NCBI RefSeq assembly: GCF_018350175.1
Contig: NC_058368.1
Location: forward strand, 53,012,001-53,076,000
From: Felis catus
Taxonomy: Eukaryota
DNA length: 64,000 nucleotides
Direction: 5' to 3'
How positions within the stretch are numbered: the stretch's first letter is position 1; the number at the start of each line of letters is the position of its first letter. A program made the position numbers and the translations under genes. Of this stretch, positions 34,819 through 48,164 are shown piece by piece. Below the pieces are notes generated by a model. The model saw only the letters and a list, made by a program, of their open reading frames with translations. It was not told the origin of the DNA and did no database searches.

Positions 34819-37399
34819 ATGGGCACGACTCATTTTAACTACAAATCAACCCACTGGCTTCACTCTGAGGTTTGTGTGACATGTCCTGATAAGACTGAAC
34901 TGAAGCTGCTCACGTCCCCCAGGTCTGAGCTCTCATCGTCCGGGAGTTCGGTTGTGGGAGTCCCCTAAGCCTCTCGCTCGGTGCTTCTCCCACTTTCACG
35001 CGCATACGGCTTGGCCCTGGAATCTCCGACTCGGGTCAGGGTTCCGCTCTTCCCGTGTGGTTCCAGGTGGGGCTGCAGCCACTGGCCCAAGGCCCACACC
35101 CTGAACGGCAGGCAACTCCATCCAGCTGTCCTCACAGGCATAAAACCCACCAATTACCAGATACGCGCCCTGGAGTAAATCGTTTAGCATCTTTAATTTC
35201 AGGCAGAAAAGACCCACACTGAACAAATTCTTTACTGAGAAAGTTAAGAAATGGTTTCTTGGAGCAGGAGAGACTTGGGGGTTTAAACAGTCATGACACA
35301 CACACCTGGTTTCACCCTGCAAGACAGATCCGTCCCCACCTTGAATACTTTCAGCTTCTGTTTCTCAGAGTAGCACCTTCCACTGTTAGGAAGCCCACAA
35401 TTTTAGGTATGATGATGCAGCCTGCTCCCTTACAGTTTGACCCATTGGGTTGGCCACGTGCCCTGGAGCTACCTACGGTAAGATAAGATAGAAAGAGCTT
35501 AGCTCTCCATAACACTTTAGAATTATAAAGCAAATTTATGTTGATTTGCTGATTTTATCAACACACGTAGCAGGCAGTTTTATTATTGTTGTCACTTTTT
35601 TTCTTTTTGCTACTGCCTTATATTCTACGGTGGAACCCCCCAGGGTTTCCAGATCTTTCACCACCTTGATTTCCTTCACTTATACTCACGGTAGTTTTTA
35701 GTCCCTATTTTAATTAGATACAAATTAATGGCAATTAAAGAATTAGGCCTTATCTCAGTAAATCCTTCCTAGCAAAGACTTTCTTAACACAAATGTTTCC
35801 TTTAGTTAATGCGCTCCATTAGTAATAAATATTTCTTCTTACAAATAGGAATAAGCAAAATATTCTTATAGAAAAGAGCAGGCATCCTACGGGTTTGTTA
35901 AATGTTTTTCTCCTTCTTTTCCCAAGCAGATTTGTTGTACACATGTTTGTATTTCGGATGCCATACTATATTAGGGGAACCAAGACGTTAGGGAAGAAGA
36001 AAAACCAGGTTTATGAAAAGCCTAACTGTCCCAGAGATCTGCTCCGTGCCGTAGACCATGTGGCAGGGTTGCAGGGTTTATTGACACTTCATCTCGGTTC
36101 AGACTCTCAGATACTCTTCTCTACCGAATGCAGCCTCCACAAATAAAAGGGAAGGGGAATGTGGCTTCATGACAGTAGAGGAGGGTGGAGGCTGGCTAGT
36201 CCTTGGCTGGCACCTACACATCTCTGCTGTGTCTTGAATCCACCTGTTGGCTGGGAATCCTGCAGCTCATGAACCTGTGATTTATTCCTTTGGCTCCTGG
36301 AAACTCTGGGTCTCCACCATGTCTACTCTCCAGTGTCTTGTCTCACGCAGAGACCTCTGTAGTGCTGTCCCCAAGACAGGCTGTGTGTCGACTCAACTTC
36401 TACAATGCACGGAACTGCAGAAAAGCAACGGAGAAAGCCGAAAAAGAGCTAGCTAGATCTTCGTTCTGTCTGACCACACCCTCTCCCTCCACAGGGCTCT
36501 CTGCCGACTCCTTTCAGAATCCCAAACGGGCAGTGCAACACGGGCATCACTTGCTCACTGCTTCTCGTCAGCTATTTAACGCCAGTGTGACCTCCTCACA
36601 CACAACACTACTGTTGCTTCCCCAAACCAACCCAAGAAGGGAAATCAGGGCATAATCTCCTGGGGCCAAAAACGACCAGACAATTTTCCCCTACTTCCTT
36701 TTCCAGTCTGAACCTCATTTACATGAAACTATGATCAGACTTGCTAAACCTATCTAATGACACACTTAAAGAGCAGAGAAAGAAATTCAGGTAATTTGTT
36801 CAGATGACTTGGCACACGAGGCTGATCCTTGCTGCATAATCCTATTCTTTTAATGCAACAAGATGAATATTATGTTTTTTCTCTTTGTATTCTGGGAGAG
36901 CACTGTTAGTTGTCTCTTTAGTGCCTCCTTCTTTTCTTCCTTGCCGCAAGAACCTTTGTTTTCTATTAGGCAGTTATATGTGTCAGGGGAAGTTGAACTC
37001 CTCCCTAATCTGTCTGCTGATTTTGATTCCTGGGACTGTGGCAGCCATTTTGAGACCACGAGGACACTTAGCCATAGGGCATACAGGTGATACTGAGAAA
37101 TGTAGCACAGATAAATGGGATAAAATGATTCCTTGCTATTGTCATTGAGCTCCTAAATTAACCAAACCGGGAAGTACCCTAGCTCAAAACTTTTATGTGA
37201 GATAAGCCATTTTCGTAAGGATTTTTGTTATCTAGAGCAGAATGTATCCAAATTGATGTCCTGCCTTTCTGTAACATTCTCTTCCAAGGCAGATAAATAG
37301 CCTGGGAAACATACTAAAGGAAAGGAAATAGTAAAAGAAACTGATGATATTAGTAAGATTAAGCCTGGGAACAGCAAGCATTTAGGTGTAGAGCTCTCT

Positions 37400-37670
37400 C
37401 TCCATTCGATTCTCACCACCATTTCCCTGGTTTAGGATGCCCCATCATTTCTCATAGCACGTTGCAATAATTAGTCTGACTGCTGCACATCTCTACCACT
37501 ACCTTGAATCCATCCTTTCTAATGATTCTAGGGTCTCTTACTAAAACAAAAACCTCATATGACTCCCCTACTTAAAACCCTTCTGTGGTTCCCGATGGTC
37601 TCTGTGATGAAGTCCAAACTACACTTCTACAAAGCTCTTCTGACCTGGCGCCTGCCTACTTTCTCAGTAG
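37400..37670 (+). mobile_element. L2 fragment
   Basis: ATGACTCCCCTACTTAAAACCCTTCTGTGGTTCCC...AAGTCCAAACT...GACCTGGCGCCTGCCTAC. Confidence 0.8.
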
Positions 37671-37899
37671 TAGTTCTCTGGGAACCTCCCTATTCCCAGG
37701 ACCACCTGCCTGAGAGCACTCAGAAATGGAGCACTAGATTTTGGGTGTGAGCTGAACCTTGCCTGAACCCCTCCTGTGGCAACTCTCACATGAAAAGCAC
37801 TTCGTGTCTGTCTCTCCCATACAGATTCTGGATTCATTAGGAACCAAAACCTTGGTGATTTTTCTATCTTCATCGCTGAGCGTAGCTTCTAAGATACAG

Positions 37900-38155
37900 A
37901 GAGGCAGCACAGCATAGCCCAAGTTCTGGCTGGGTTCAGATCTTGTTTCCATCACTTCCTCGTTGTATAACTTTGAGCAAATAATTAACCTCTCTGTGCT
38001 TTATTTTCCTTACCTCTTAAGTAGGGAAGATAATAATAGATATAATCAATAATAGTAATAGTAGCAATAGCACTTCTGTGTGTATTGAGTTGATTCATAT
38101 ACAAATATTTAGAACAGAATCCAACTCATAGTACACCTCCAGTAAATATTATTTT
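37900..38155 (+). mobile_element. MIR
   Basis: CTGGGTTCAGATCTTG...ACTTTGAGCAAATAATTAACCTCTCTGTGCTTTATTTTCCTTACCT. Confidence 0.8.
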
Positions 38156-38539
38156 TGTAATTAGTATGGCACTTAATAAATAAGTATGGACTGTACTGAA
38201 GGCCTGCAGCTACTCTTTAGCCCCCCCCTTCTCTAAGAAGCTAAATGGGTTTGCAAGTCACAGCTTATAAGGACAGTGAGCTCTGTTCCTAAACATATTT
38301 ATACTATAGCCTATGATGCCACTTGTCCCACACAGAGCGTTTATCGAGGTGCCCGATGTTTGCAAGGACTGTGGACGCTGTGCCCACTACTGCTTCTCAT
38401 ATATATCCAACAACAAACAACGAATGCAAACATTTAACCGGAGCCCCATTTCATCTCCTGCTTGATGCTTAGGGTTGAGATGATACGAAGGCCCCTGGAG
38501 AGCCCAGGAGGATTCAAAGGTGAGTTGACAGAAAGACAA

Positions 38540-38715
38540 TAGTGGAATCCTGCGCTCTGCATCCAAAAATAATACCGTGAGCGGCGTAATCTTGGGAAGT
38601 CACTTAACCTAACTAAACCTCAGTTTCCATATGGAAAATGCAGGTGACAAAAACTGTTCCACCTACCTCGTTGAGCCGATAAAAGGAATAGATGAAGTAA
38701 AGCATGTGAATATTC
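38540..38715 (+). mobile_element. MIR
   Basis: TCTTGGGAAGTCACTTAACCT...CCTCAGTTTCC...GAAAATG...ACCTACCTC. Confidence 0.75.
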
Positions 38716-41124
38716 ACTTGTCAAGCACCTGATACTTTATGAAAGCAAGAAACTTGCTAATTACCCCATCAAAACCCTTCTCTGAGCCCTGCAGTTTGTC
38801 TGATCCCTGGAACCTTCCTGTAATACCCTCAAGGGACACCCCCAAGTATGAGACTTTGCACAGGACCTGACATTAATGTATTGTGTGTGCACGAATGTGT
38901 GTGTGTGTTTGTGAATGACTGACATGACCATCTACTCTTCATATTATACCTCCCATCCTCAGAAATCAAGTTACTTATTATATTCCTATCAGGAATAAAA
39001 GAGGAGAATGTATTCTAATGACTACCAGACAGTAGAGTAAAATTAGCTTCAGATGACTATGAAAGAGCATAATGTTCTAGTTTACCAGAAACCAAGGAAA
39101 CCTAGTATATCCAGCAGCAATTTTTCTTCTTTCTTATTCTTTCTTTGTGGTGAAGCTGAGAATAATGCCCTTAGGTTTTTCTCACTATATATGTAGATGG
39201 GGAGCAGAAAGGAGCTGCAGTGATAGAGACTCAGAGACGGTGCAATTAAAAAGGCTGAGATAATTTGTTGGTCTTTTAACACAGCGTTTCTTTACTGTTG
39301 AAGTCACCTCAAATCAACAGTTTTAACATAATGTAATTCAACAAAAATATTATTTCAGGAATAAGAAAATTTTATAGGAGGAAACATATTGGATGAAGTA
39401 TCGCTTGTGGTGTAATTTTAATTCTGAAAGATCTTGCTAAGAGGGCTTATTTAAATAGGTTCTCCCTGAGATGAATATTTAGGGGGAAAATTCCTACAGG
39501 ATGATTTATAGCAAAATTATATGAACAGAATGAAGGACAGAAGAATTTTATTAGAAAAGGGTCTCATTTCCACAAAATATAAATTATACCTTTTAGAAAA
39601 TATATTGAATTTTATTAATATTCTGTAGACAGCCTGAAGTGTTAATCTCCACCCCTACCTATAAGACTTTCATTATGATGTACAAGGTGTATTTACCCTT
39701 TAACCAAATAATTTTTGAGCAACTCGGTGGAGCCTCCAGTTTACATATCTTACAAAATATTTTCTTGGCAGTTACAAAATCTTATACTTTGTATTGTTGG
39801 CAACATTTAATGATGAATATATGAGGCTATACATTTTGTATACATGTATGCATGCTTTTGGTGTTACCGTGCAGGAACACAGATTAATGATAAACTCATT
39901 GTATTTGGTGACTGAGAGACTATTTCTCCAATGTCCACTGTTACTGTTGATATTGTTTTGCCCATTATTCTTAAGGAGAGATGAAATAAGTTCGAGTTTT
40001 TTCAGTGCTAGGATTAAAATTCTGCCTGCTTCATCTTGAAATTTATAGTTACAAGAATTACTTAGGGTAGACCGTTGAGTACTGTATTTCTTCCTGGCAT
40101 TTGAAAGTGACCTCATTTAGACCTTGGTAACTAATATTTTTGATGAGGAAATTGACTCATTGTTATTCAAAGAACTTGGTGATAAATCCTTTTCCGGTCC
40201 CTATCAGTCTCAAAAATTGAGCCTTTCCTGGGGTGTGACTTTGTTGTAGCAAACAAGAGTAAATTGACCATTGGTACAGTTTGAGGTTCAGCAAGGACAG
40301 CTGGAATTTAGATTTCATAGTATTCGAAAGTGAAGATTGAGATCAAGGATGAGGACAAAGCCAGGAGATTAAAAAGACCGGACTAATTTTGAGTTCTAAA
40401 TAAACATTATTAAATACATTTCCCTTACACAAAAACACACAAAATGTAGCAATTGATATATTTAAACCTCCGATGGCATGTAAAAGAGAACACAGGCTCC
40501 CCGTCCTATTCAAAATGCCTCTAAAACATACCATTGCAAAAATTATGGTTCTCTGTTTATAAAGTGGGAAGAAATTTCCTTAAAAAGCTGGACCTGAGTT
40601 AAAACCAGACGCCAAACCTTCCTTCGCATCTTAAAAAAATATATATTTCACTGGTTTCTCACTGATTGCTAATTAAGGCCAGCTTCTATTCATATCTCCA
40701 CAAAGAGGAAAATATTGAAGACAAGTCCTTTTAAAGTACCTGCGTATTTGAAATGATAATGCTCGGGCATTGCACCTAAGGTCTTACATAAATTTGAAGC
40801 CCCAGGAAACTGCCCAGGAGGGAAATCCTGTATTTATTATTGGTCAAAATAGCAAACATCTCCAGGTAATAAGATGGAAGTACAAGGGTATATTTTAGCA
40901 CATATATTTCCGGCTTACCCTTAGAATAAATGCTTAAATTCAAGAATCCATAGCCTCTTCCTATGGATAAAAAGAATTAAAATAAAACATTAGATATATC
41001 AAGATCTATGATTAGACCATATCAAGATCTGCCTCTGAAAACAATTATCGGGATGGCACAGAGGAAAAAGTATTTTAGAATGGATGTTACCGGTCTATAT
41101 GAAAATGCCAGCATCATTCTCTAA

Positions 41125-41280
41125 CTATGGAATTTTAGAGCTGTAAGAATTTTGAAAAGACTATCTACTCTATAATGCATGTTCTTCACATTTGAGGATA
41201 CAGACTCAGAGTTGTGATGTGTCTAATGTCACACAGCCACTCAATGGCAAAGTCAGGACTTGAACCGGGGCCTACTCATA
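41125..41280 (-). mobile_element. MIR-like fragment
   Basis: GAATTTTAGAGCTG...GAGG...GACTCAGAG...GTCACACAGCC...TGGCAAAGTCAGGACTTGAACC. Confidence 0.65.
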
Positions 41281-43295
41281 TTCGTGTGTATCTTAACTTC
41301 CGCTATTTTTCAGGACCACCTGGCTCAGGCAAAGTTCAACATGGTCAAATATATCAAATGTAGCCTTTGCTTTTAAGGGGGGGCGGGGGGGAACCAATTA
41401 AATCTATCTCCAATCAGCTAAATGGATAAATCTTCAATATATTTAAATCATTAGTTTGTATTATGGCCTCTTATTTTTTATTGTAAATTTATTTTAGTTT
41501 TGTTAATGTATTTACTTAACCCTCACCATATTCCAAAAAGAAATGAAAATGGCACAGAAGTTACCTATACATGGGTTCTATACTCCTTTTCCTTCTTAGT
41601 CCCATTTGATGACCTGTCCTGGTGACTCATCACTTCCATGAATATTCTAAGATCCGTCCAAGACAACATGAAAAGGTGAAGTCACAGTTACCACATGATA
41701 TGATTATTCAATAAGTCAAACACCAACTGCTTGTTTCATTGATGTGGCTTATATCTCTGCAGAACTGACCCAATTAAGAAAATATGGATTATTCCTTTAT
41801 AAGGTTTATTACTAGGTATTACATAAAAATTGTGGGCCGTTATTTAAGTAGCATGGTTTTCCCAAAGTCTGTAAGCAATTCTAAGCCCTAAGATAACCAG
41901 TCCTGGAGAAGCTTCTTACTCTGCCAGCTTATCATTCAATTGCATGCTTTGGTCACTCAAGCTATTGTCAACAAAAATTTGGAATATCAAAGGAAAACAG
42001 AGAAGAGATGAAATATTCTCTTTGGCAGCATTTGGTGACTTTAAAACAAAAAGTCAGCATCCCCTATGCTATGTAAGCTCAAAGCGTCACATTCGATGGC
42101 ATCATTTCAAATGGCCTGAGTTGGATTCCTCGCTTTCCTTGATTTATCCCCCTGTTGGCCCCTGCAGGAGAGCATCATTTTTTTTCTCCTGCCTTCTGTC
42201 TTCTATATTTCATTTCAGGTGTCTATCGAGGCAACGAAAGATAAAGCTCTCTGCTTTCCCTTGTACTAAAGTTCTATATGGAATCAGTTCACCTGTCTGT
42301 CACTCCTCATTAAATTCTTACCCTCTTCATTCACATCCTGATCTTTGCAAATGAACATTTGCTTAATAAATGTTCCCAAGACTAACAGTGCAGAGTGAAA
42401 ATCCCACACAGCAGTAAATTATTAACTCAGTCACAGAGGGAGTGCCATATATGACTTTTCAGAATGAGTTATTATGTGGATCATCATGTAATTATGAATT
42501 TTTCAAGCCATGATAGAGGAAAATTGAATATTTAATATTTTATGGACATATTCTACACTGAGGACATCTTTCAAAATTTTATGATAATTTTTAGAGTGAG
42601 CGAAGAGCAGAACAAAAGTTACAAAATAATTGCAAACTTGAATATTTAATCACTAGGGACATTGTTGGTTATTTCTCAAATTATATAATGTAACCAAGGC
42701 TGTGAACTTTTAATCATAGTGTATTCAAATGGGGAAAAAATTGCATTAAAATCAATCTATAAATATGTTTTGGTTGTTTAAGAAATAAGAATACAGAGCT
42801 TAATGTTGTCAAATTGAGACCTTAAGATATAAATATTCATGCAGGAGGTAATCTTGAGCGACTTGTTCTAGATGAGCTATTGTTGAACAAAAACTTTTTT
42901 AAATGAGCCATTTCAAAATGTTCCAAATCTAACCAAAGCGTAAACATTAAAATATTTTAAAACTCTTAGCTGAATATAAAATGGAAAAATGGAATTGGTG
43001 TTTATCAAAACGTGAAAAAAAAAAACACTTCAAGGTATATGTTAGAGCGTTGGTGAAAAAAATTAAAGGAAAAATTAAAATAATAAGATTTTGATGTGAA
43101 TTACCCTTTTATGTACACAATTCACGCATTCCTAATATAGCATAATATGTAGCACTTCAATTATCACCCATGTTTTAACTTTGAAAATTAGAATATTTAG
43201 TAATTCCGAATTATTTCTTAATAGGTTCCTCTTGTTGCAGGAGAAGGTCATTTCCCAGTACCGGAATACTAATAAACTTTGAGGACGTTTGGACT

Positions 43296-43440
43296 CAGAA
43301 GTTCTCAACGCTGGCTGCACATTAGCATTGCTTAGTACTACTTCCCACAGATTGTAAAAGGTCCCGAAGTGAGGCTGGACTCTGATGGTGTTAAAGCTTT
43401 CCAAATTATTTTAGTTTTCAGCCATGGCTTAAAATCACTG
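43296..43440. mobile_element. hAT-Charlie MER5-like MITE
   Basis: CAGAAGTTCTCAACGCTGGCTGCACATTAG ... CAGCCATGGCTTAAAATCACTG termini. Confidence 0.6.
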
Positions 43441-43509
43441 ATATCAATAGTGCTGCCACCCAGTTTCCAGAGGCCAAAACCTCATATACACTTTTAAAAC
43501 CAAAAGATT

Positions 43510-43680
43510 CACCTTTTGAGTACATTGAGTAAATGAGCACCAGGGATACAGAGATGAGTAGTAAATAGCCCTGGCCCTCAAGTTGCCTGTAATCTAATGA
43601 AACACACACACACAAGGGCAATGCAGTGCAATTGCTGCTATTAGAAAGGTGTATGCCAAGTGACGGAGCAATGGAGAGAA
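43510..43680 (-). mobile_element. L2 fragment
   Basis: GGGATACAGAGATGAGT...CCTGGCCCTCAAGTTGCCTGTAATCTAATG is a reverse L2 motif. Confidence 0.6.
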
Positions 43681-43895
43681 AACCAACACTCAAGGCACCA
43701 ACATGGACTTTTGAAAACCTGAAATTTGGCTAAGAAAAAAGTATGACTGTATTGTTTCTTGCATTCATACATTCATTCACTTATTTAACACATATAATTC
43801 ACTTATCCAACAAAAATTTATTAAATGACCACTATTTTTTATGTACTATCTTCTTCTCATGGACTATGGGTGCTTATTGAAAATTAGGAGACTGA

Positions 43896-44137
43896 GGGGC
43901 ACCTGGGTGGCTCTGTCGGTTGAGCATCCGACTTCGGCTCAGGTCATGATCTCACGGTTTGTGAGTTCAAGCCCTGTGTCAGGCTCTGTGCTGACAGCTC
44001 AGATCCTGCAGCCTGCTTCGGATTCTGTATCTCCCTCTCTCTCTCTCTCTGCCCCTCCTCCACTTGTGCTCTGTCTCTCTCTGTCTCTCTCTGTCTCTCA
44101 AAAATAAATAAATAAATATTAAAAAAAATGTTTTAAA
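43896..44137 (+). mobile_element. CAN-SINE
   Basis: Canonical head and body. Degenerate TSD GAAAAT(T/A)AGGAGA(C/A)TG. Confidence 0.97.
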
Positions 44138-44151
44138 GAAAATAAGGAGAA

Positions 44152-44270
44152 TGTATCAGCTAGCTATTGCTGCATAACAAACTATAACAAAATTTAAGTG
44201 ACTCAAAACTGTAACTATTTATTTGTTCATGTTTCTGCAGACTGACAATTTAGGTGAGGGTCAGCAGTTT
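44152..44270 (-). mobile_element. MLT1-family LTR fragment
   Basis: TGTATCAGCTAGCTATTGCTGCATAACAAAC...TTAAGTGACTCAAAAC is a reverse MLT1 terminus. Confidence 0.7.
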
Positions 44271-44821
44271 AATCATTAAAACATGTATGAGTTACTTCTT
44301 ATGGTCTTTAAGAAAATGAGATTTCACAATGCCTGCACTTGTAGGAGAAATTGAATCTGTTTACTGAAGTGAATTGATTCTTTAGAAAAAAAAATCAGAT
44401 CTATACACCATGGAAGGCTTTAGGGAAAAAACACGAGTAGACGACCAAAGTTGAGATACCAATATTCTTCTCACTCTTTATCCATTAAACATTATTGCTT
44501 CACAGCCCTGTAAGTAAGAGACAGGGATCAATTATTCTTTCTGCCTAAGACCTCCTTTCAATTGCAGATCCCTTCTTTTCTCCCTAGGACAAGAAGCCAG
44601 AAGCAGGATAAAAGAAACTTGCCAACTGATATTGGTCTCCAATTTCTACTAAACAGAATAGTGAAGGAGGAACAGGAGCCCAATGAGGTGTGGATTCTCA
44701 GTTTTTCTACTCTTGTATGGAGTTCTGACCCTTACACAAGTACATTGGAGATTGGGGAGGAGGTGGAGAAGTGCAAGACTTTGTACTTCAATACTGGCTT
44801 GCTGGGGACACAGTGCTGAAC

Positions 44822-44844
44822 TTTTTTTTTAATTTTTATTTATT

Positions 44845-44886
<42 letters not shown>

Positions 44887-45045
44887 TTGGAGTGGCAGAG
44901 AGAGAGGGAGACACAGAATCTGAAGCAGGCTCCAGAATCTGAGCTCTCAGCACAGAGCCAGACCTGGGGCTCGAACCCACAAACCATGAGATCATGACCT
45001 GAACCAAAGTTGGATACTTAACCAACTGAGCCACCCAGGTGCCCC
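44822..45045 (-). mobile_element. CAN-SINE with (GA)n expansion
   Basis: (GA)n at ~44848-44884 and end CTGAGCCACCCAGGTGCCCC. Confidence 0.96.
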
Positions 45046-45270
45046 TACAGTTGAACTTTGAGGCTAAGGGTTTTGTTTTTGTTTTTAGTATTTAGTCTTA
45101 CTATCCTTTTTGTTTGTTTGCTCACTTATTTGTATGTTTGTTTTACAAATATGAAAACTGAACCTAGAAAAATTTTGCATATTATAGACTCACTTGTATG
45201 TTAGGAAGTTATTCAGAATAAGACAAGTACTAAGTTCATTCCAGTAACTCCCCTAATCTTGGCTTTCTTT

Positions 45271-45296
45271 TTGGTTGGTTGGTTGGTTGGTTGGTT
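45271..45296. repeat. (TTGG)n microsatellite at an L1 tail
   Basis: About 6 TTGG units. Confidence 0.9.
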
Positions 45297-45945
45297 CACT
45301 GTTGAGTATGAGATTTGTGTTCTTAAATTTTTAAGTGTACATTAAAGTATTGTTAATCATAGCCACAATGTTGTATAGCAGATTGCTAGAAATTGTTCAT
45401 CTTGCATAAATGAAACTGTACAACCACTGAATAGAAATTCCCCATTTCTCCCTTCTCCAGTCCATGGAAACAATTATTCTGCCCTCTGCTTCTATGAATT
45501 TGACCTCATGTATGTGAAATCACATATATGTGGAATCACACAGTATTAGTCCTGTTACCGGCATATTTCACTTAACGTAATGTCCTCAAGGTTCATCCAT
45601 GTTATTACATATGGCAGAATTTCCTTCTTTTTTTAATGCCGAATAATAATTCATTGTACATATATGACACATTTTCTTTATCCATTCATCTATCAATAGA
45701 CATTTAGGTCATTTCCATATCTTGCCTACTGTGAATAATGCTGCAGTGAACATGGGAATAGAGGCATCTCTTCAAAAGCCCAACTTAAATTCTTCTGAGT
45801 AAATACCCAAAAGTGAAATTGCTGGATCATATGGTAGTTCTATTTTTAATTTTTTGAGGAATCTTCATACTGTTTTCCATAGTGACTGCACCAATTTAAG
45901 TTACCACCAATAATGCACAGGGGTTCCCTTTTGTCCTTGCCAACA
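45297..45945 (-). mobile_element. L1 3' end (L1MA8/9-like)
   Basis: CAAGGTTCATCCATGTT...TTTATCCATTCATC...GTGAATAATGCTGCAGTGAACATGGGA...GCTGGATCATATGGTAGTTCTATTTTTAATTTTTTGAGG. Confidence 0.92.
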
Positions 45946-45982
45946 CTATATTTTTAATCTGAACTCAAAACTATGAAAAACA

Positions 45983-46206
45983 GGGGCACCTGGGTGGCGC
46001 AGTCGGTTAAGCGTCCGACTTCAGCCAGGTCACGATCTCGTGGTCCGGGAGTTCGAGCCCCGCATCAGGCTCTGGGCTGATGGCTCAGAGCCTGGAGCCT
46101 GTTTCCGATTTTGTGTCTCCCTCTCTCTCTGCCCCTCCCCCGTTCATGCTCTGTCTCTCTCTGTCCCAAAAATAAATAAAAACGTTGAAAAAAAAATTAA
46201 AAAAAA
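45983..46206 (+). mobile_element. Young felid CAN-SINE
   Basis: CpG-rich body. Perfect 16-bp TSD AAAACTATGAAAAACA (45967-45982 / 46207-46222). Confidence 0.98.
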
Positions 46207-46299
46207 AAAACTATGAAAAACAATATATCTTGAAATAATCTCAGTGAAGAAAACTCCCAAACATCTTAAAAGAAAAAAAAAAGCTTGTATAACTGGTGT

Positions 46300-46470
46300 G
46301 AGAAATCATATGTCTAATGGGAAAACTAAAAAAGTCACGTACATAACAGTTCTCCCCAAATCTATTCTACATTTAATGCATTTCCAGTCCCAGTGGGAAT
46401 TTTTAGGAAAACAAATTTAGAAAAAAAAATTGACAAAATGTCCTGAAGTTCTTCTGGTAAAGTGTTTAAA
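46300..46470 (+). mobile_element. Old L1 ORF2 fragment
   Basis: GTTCTCCCCAAATCTATTCTACATTTAATGCATTTCCA...AATTGACAAAATG corresponds to the decayed ILPKLIYRFNAIP...IDKL motif. Confidence 0.65.
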
Positions 46471-46689
46471 ATATTGCTAAAAGAAAAAGAAAACTGGGAA
46501 TAGGAATATTTTCTTTCTTTGTTTTACGAAAGCTTTTGTGCTTTTTAAAAACTTTTTATGATGAAAATTGTATTTTAATTTGTGAATATTTGATCTTTAG
46601 ATATCCAAAATATTATTAAAGCCTTATGTAGATCTACTGTTGAACTAAAAATAATAATATCTCCTATTCATTAATCTTTTAAAAATGGA

Positions 46690-46900
46690 TCCGCTCAGCG
46701 CTAATCTTGAAACAGGGATTGTGCTAGGTTTGGAAGTTTCCAAGATTAATGAGATACAACCCCTGCTGTCAAGGGATTTCACAATCTTGTGAAAAGAGAG
46801 GGCTGTAAATATACAATCACCATGTGGTGTCCTCTGTGCTGGGCTAGAGACACTCACAGGGTCCTGTGGGAGCATATAGGAGGGAGCCCTGGGGACAGGA
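46690..46900 (-). mobile_element. L2 fragment
   Basis: GATTGTGCTAGG...GAGATACAACCCCTG...TCACAATCT...TGTGGGAGCATATAGGAGGG. Confidence 0.55.
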
Positions 46901-48164
46901 CGTAGAGGGGGACTTAACAGCTAAGCAGACCAGTTAAAGGAGGGAACACTGACCAGTATGGCTGCAGAAGCAGGCGATTGCCACATCACACCAAGCACCC
47001 TGTACATTTTCTCCATTTAAGCATCAGGCCTTGACTGAGGAGACTGACAGCCCATCAAGGTCCCTAATCCTCAACAGCTCTAGTTGGGATTACTGTCTAC
47101 TCTTGTACAGATGTGCACAGGTGTGCACTCCTCAGGTGCATTTTCATCAAGCGCAGTTAGAGTTTGATCCAAAATAACATTTAAAACTTAGGACATCAAT
47201 CCTTTTTCTTTTCTTTTTAACGCAGTATTCACAGGTGAAATCTTATTTTATAGAAGTGCTGCCTCATTCACCTTTCTCTTAACTACCAGTCATCACATTG
47301 AAGACACCAAAGAGCCGTCATGAGCCTTAACTGAGAAAGTGCCATAACAAGGTGAAATACTGCAAGGGCCAGTCCAAGCATCACTTCCGAGCTGTCACCA
47401 AGCATTCCCTTGCTCGCCTTGCCCAGGGCCATGAAGCATTTCGTCCGCACCCGCAGAACTGAACACCACAGCAGAGAACCGACCGCGGCGTCTCAGGTTG
47501 GGATGTTCTTTCCCACAGGAATGGCCAACCCGCGGTGTACAGAGCAGCTTTTCTTCAGTGTAATGACTGAAGATCAGCAGTTGGATGGACAAGTGTTATA
47601 GAAGTAGGGGTGCTGGTTTTGACAGGCAAGGAAACAGAAGAGCAAAGGAAAGTGTGCAGCAGGCAGCTGAACTCCCTCACTAGGACCGAGGCCAGCAGGC
47701 ATGGCCTGCATGGGCATGATGGCCCAGACTGGCTCAGAGACTAGCCATGCAAAGCACTGATCTAAAAATAGATCTCCCTGTTCTGATAAAACGGGCCTCT
47801 TCATCACGTACCCATCACACTGACTAACCTGCCTGGTCCCAGACTATTCCTCTAGGGTCATTTTCGAGGTGCTCTACGAATCCCCATGGTCAACAAAAAA
47901 TCTGCCCCTCACCTGGACCTCGAAAACTTTGACACTAGTACTTTTCGGATTTATTGGAGTGAGAGGAGGCTTCCTAAAGCCTAACTAAAGTCAAGAAGCC
48001 CTGTGGAGATTGTTACTCTTACTGTTTCTGCTGCTCGCATTGGATATTACCTTTGAATATTATGTGCTAGCACCAAATGCAGACCCGTCTTTCTCTTCAG
48101 TTTGTAAACTCAGCCTGAGTTCTTGACAGTGACCCTGGAAAACATTGTCTATATTTCTCCTGGG

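Noticed and set aside
36290..36655. 121-aa ORF in unique sequence
   Set aside because: It has a TTG start, no recognisable domain and no convincing splice signals bounding it.
30743..43895. 13-kb gap with no CAN-SINE, suggesting purifying selection
   Set aside because: With 21 SINEs in 64 kb, one gap this long is plausible by chance, and the interval contains other repeats.
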